Below are positions 47,872 to 50,433 of a DNA stretch of 50,433 nt, piece after piece. Position 1 is the first letter of the stretch. Every line of letters starts with the position of its first letter. The notes below the pieces were generated by a model. It ran no database searches, was not told the origin of the DNA, and saw nothing but the letters and a program-made list of their open reading frames with translations. The translations under genes and the position numbers were made by a program. The stretch comes from an uncultured Lachnoanaerobaculum sp. Lineage in GTDB: Bacteria; Bacillota; Clostridia; Lachnospirales; Lachnospiraceae. The stretch lies in contig CAKAQP010000001.1 in NCBI GenBank assembly GCA_916720285.1, positions 1 to 50,433 on the forward strand. Direction: 5' to 3'.

Positions 47872-49077
47872 TTACTCTTTTTTTGCTATATCAACAAGCA
47901 GTTCTTTATTATTAAGTTTAGGTTCTTCAATAACTCTTTTTAATAATTCTTCCAAGATCTCACCGATTTTAGGTCCTTTCGGTATTCCAAGATTAATCAG
48001 ATCTTTTCCGGTAATATCAAGCATAGAGATATCAAAAGCATGATTTTCTTCTTTAATCTTTTCATATCTTGTTTCGATTTCGTTTATCTCTTCCAATATA
48101 CCCGCATTTTTCCTGTCCGACTTGCAAATCTTTATATAGTCCTCAAAGAGTTTTGTACCGAGTCTGTGCAATGACAGTCTTATATCCGAATCCTTCTTCG
48201 GTAAAGGTAATTTCAGTTCCTCTATAAGCAGACAAGTATTTATTTTTGTAGCATTATCCGACTTCAATTCCGAAAGAATCTTCTTTACCGAATTTATATT
48301 TTCTGCATTTTGCAAAAATACAGTCCAGTACATATGTTTTTCATCACCGAGATCTCTTTTGTAAAACTCATAAAAACTTTCATCAAGCTTTGCAAACTCT
48401 TTACCGATATATTTGTACAGCCCGCTGCTGTATATATACTTTACATTTTCTGCAAAATTTCCGGAAAGTGTCTTATTCAGCTCTACAAATATTCTCTCTT
48501 TGCTGACATTTGATAAAAGTGAAGATTTTTTATTTATTGCATCAAATGTGGCTTTTTCTATTTGAAACCCGAGTTGAGCTGAAAAACGTATTGCCCTAAG
48601 CATTCTCAGAGCATCCTCATCAAATCTCTTACTTGGATCTCCTACAGCTCTTATAATCCCGCTTTTTAAATCCTCCTGACCTTCATAGAGATCCACTATA
48701 CCCTTTTTATGTGAATAGGCCATAGCATTAATTGTAAAATCTCTTCTGCAAAGATCTTCAGAAAGACTTTTGCTGAATGAAACACTGTCGGGATGCCTTC
48801 CGTCAGAATAGTTTCCGTCTATTCTGTATGTAGTCAGCTCATAGCCTACGCCATCCATAAGTACTGTTATAGTTCCGTGTGCAATGCCTGTATCAAAGGT
48901 CTTTTTAAATATCTTCTTCATTTCTTCCGGAAGGGCATTTGTAGTGATATCCCAGTCCTTAGGCTTCCTGTAAAGCATGGAATCTCTTACACAACCTCCT
49001 ACCGCAAATCCTTCAAAGCCGTTCTCTTCCAACTTTTCTATAATATTTTCAACATTCTTAGGCAAATCTATTCTCAT
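47872..49077 (-). CDS. cca: Class II CCA tRNA nucleotidyltransferase
   Basis: VGGCVRD, DWDITT, DL.RRDFTINAMA, RFDEDALRMLRA and S.ERI. Confidence 0.88.
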   Translation of the reverse strand: MRIDLPKNVENIIEKLEENGFEGFAVGGCVRDSMLYRKPKDWDITTNALPEEMKKIFKKTFDTGIAHGTITVLMDGVGYELTTYRIDGNYSDGRHPDSVSFSKSLSEDLCRRDFTINAMAYSHKKGIVDLYEGQEDLKSGIIRAVGDPSKRFDEDALRMLRAIRFSAQLGFQIEKATFDAINKKSSLLSNVSKERIFVELNKTLSGNFAENVKYIYSSGLYKYIGKEFAKLDESFYEFYKRDLGDEKHMYWTVFLQNAENINSVKKILSELKSDNATKINTCLLIEELKLPLPKKDSDIRLSLHRLGTKLFEDYIKICKSDRKNAGILEEINEIETRYEKIKEENHAFDISMLDITGKDLINLGIPKGPKIGEILEELLKRVIEEPKLNNKELLVDIAKKE

Positions 49078-49141
49078 TCTTATCTCCTTAACAAAAGCTT
49101 ATACCCGGGACATAAGTATATGAATGCTAAAAATTAATATG

Positions 49142-49167
49142 AAAACCGCAGCCTTTTGACTGCGGTC
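49142..49167 (-). terminator. Terminator after proS
   Basis: Minus strand ACCGCAGTC-AAAA-GGCTGCGGTTTT. Confidence 0.65.
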
Positions 49168-49178
49168 TCCTTATTATT

Positions 49179-50433
49179 TTAATATGCTTTTCCCCAGTAA
49201 ACCATCTTTGTAGCCTTCTTGCCACAGCAAACGCATACATCGCTAAGCTGCTCCTGTGCCTCAGGCATACATCTTGATGTGGCTCCTGCCTCTTCCTTTA
49301 TCTTGTCCTCGCAAGCTCTGTCACCGCACCACATAGCCTTGATAAATCCCGGCTTGTTATCTGCAATATCCTTGAACTCTTCCATAGTTCTTGCCTCATA
49401 AGTATGAGCTTCTCTATGCGCAAGGGCTGTTTCATACATATTTGTCTGAATCTTTTCAAGGCATTCCTTAGCTTCACTTTCAACATTTTCAAGTGATACA
49501 AAGATCTTTTCACCTGTATCTCTTCTGACAAATACACATTGATTATTTTCAATATCCTTCGGTCCGATTTCAATTCTAAGAGGTATACCTCTCATCTCAG
49601 ATTCTGCAAACTTAAATCCCGGACTCTTCTCGCTGTCATCAAGCTTTACTCTTACACCTGCCGCATACAGTCTGTCTTTTAGCGCATTAGCCGCCTCAAG
49701 TACACCTTCCTTATGTGCAGCTACAGGTATGATATTTACTTGAACAGGTGCTATATGAGGTGGTAACTTAAGACCTGAGTCATCACCATGTACCATTATA
49801 ACAGCTCCTATTATTCTTGTAGTCATACCGAATGAGGTCTCAAAAACAGGCTTGATTTGATTGTCCTTATCTGTAAATGTTACGTCAAAAGCCTTTGCAA
49901 ATCCGTCTCCGAAGTAGTGGCTGGTACCTGACTGTAATGCCTTACCGTCATGCATAAGTGCCTCTATGGTATAGGTCGCCTCGGCTCCGGCAAACTTTTC
50001 CTTATCTGTCTTTATACCTCTTATAACAGGTATAGCCAAATCCTTTTCAAAGAAGTCTGCATACACTTCAAGCATCTGTACAGTTCTGTCATGGGCTTCC
50101 TTGGCTGTGGCATGAACTGTATGTCCCTCCTGCCATAAAAACTCTCTTGAACGAAGGAAAGGTCTGGTTGTCTTTTCCCATCTTACTACGGAACACCACT
50201 GATTTAAAAGCTGCGGAAGATCTCTATAGCTCTTTACAACCTTTGAGTAGTAGTCACAGAATAATGTTTCCGATGTAGGTCTGACACAGAGTCTCTCCTC
50301 AAGCTCCTCCATTCCGCCATGAGTTACCCATGCAACCTCAGGTGCAAAGCCTTCAACATGGTCCGCCTCTTTTTGTAAAAGGCTCTCCGGTATGAACATA
50401 GGCAGATAACAGTTTTGAATTCCTGTTTCTTTA
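49179..50433 (-). CDS. proS: Proline--tRNA ligase, archaeal/eukaryote-like type (5' end beyond the window)
   Basis: [41 protein letters not shown] and a C-terminal Zn-binding domain ending in AY. The frame is open to the window edge. Confidence 0.95.
   Translation of the reverse strand, partial: KETGIQNCYLPMFIPESLLQKEADHVEGFAPEVAWVTHGGMEELEERLCVRPTSETLFCDYYSKVVKSYRDLPQLLNQWCSVVRWEKTTRPFLRSREFLWQEGHTVHATAKEAHDRTVQMLEVYADFFEKDLAIPVIRGIKTDKEKFAGAEATYTIEALMHDGKALQSGTSHYFGDGFAKAFDVTFTDKDNQIKPVFETSFGMTTRIIGAVIMVHGDDSGLKLPPHIAPVQVNIIPVAAHKEGVLEAANALKDRLYAAGVRVKLDDSEKSPGFKFAESEMRGIPLRIEIGPKDIENNQCVFVRRDTGEKIFVSLENVESEAKECLEKIQTNMYETALAHREAHTYEARTMEEFKDIADNKPGFIKAMWCGDRACEDKIKEEAGATSRCMPEAQEQLSDVCVCCGKKATKMVYWGKAY

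Noticed and set aside
1..50433. Mobile elements, prophage, CRISPR, defence systems, tRNA/rRNA
   Set aside because: No transposase, integrase, phage or cas motifs, no spaced direct-repeat arrays, and no intergenic region that looks like a structural RNA gene.

Overview
AT-rich, gene-dense chromosomal window from a clostridial Firmicute (the proteins look Lachnospiraceae-like; this is inference). Nearly all genes are on the minus strand. I saw no mobile elements, CRISPR arrays, rRNA or tRNA genes. All family assignments come from motifs recognised by eye; no searches were run. Contents in coordinate order: (1) 1-9.1 kb, a co-oriented cluster in which reductive pyrimidine catabolism (DUF1097, preT, preA, hydA, beta-ureidopropionase) is followed by a CoA-dependent beta-alanine deamination/reduction module. 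That module has a stand-alone Acl/Kal-type hotdog protein, a hotdog + family III CoA-transferase fusion and an acyl-CoA dehydrogenase. A MerR-type promoter with a 19-bp spacer precedes the cluster, next to a MerR/GyrI-like regulator. This is the best candidate for an undescribed system: uracil/thymine to propionate/isobutyrate. (2) A housekeeping block: ldh, rlmB, mrnC, cysS, ispF, two HPr-like proteins, queH and an rpoD-like sigma factor not linked to dnaG. (3) nanE with a SatABC-like sialic-acid ABC transporter and an RpiR regulator. (4) About 16 kb for purine interconversion and selenium-dependent molybdenum hydroxylase maturation: a compact purine riboswitch, guaD, xdhABC, ade, two NCS2 permeases, yqeC, yqeB, a MocA-like protein, selD, yedF, a cysteine desulfurase and DUF3343. 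(5) An L,D-transpeptidase, potABCD, yerC, RNase HI, a GT2, a CCA-adding enzyme and a 5'-truncated proS.
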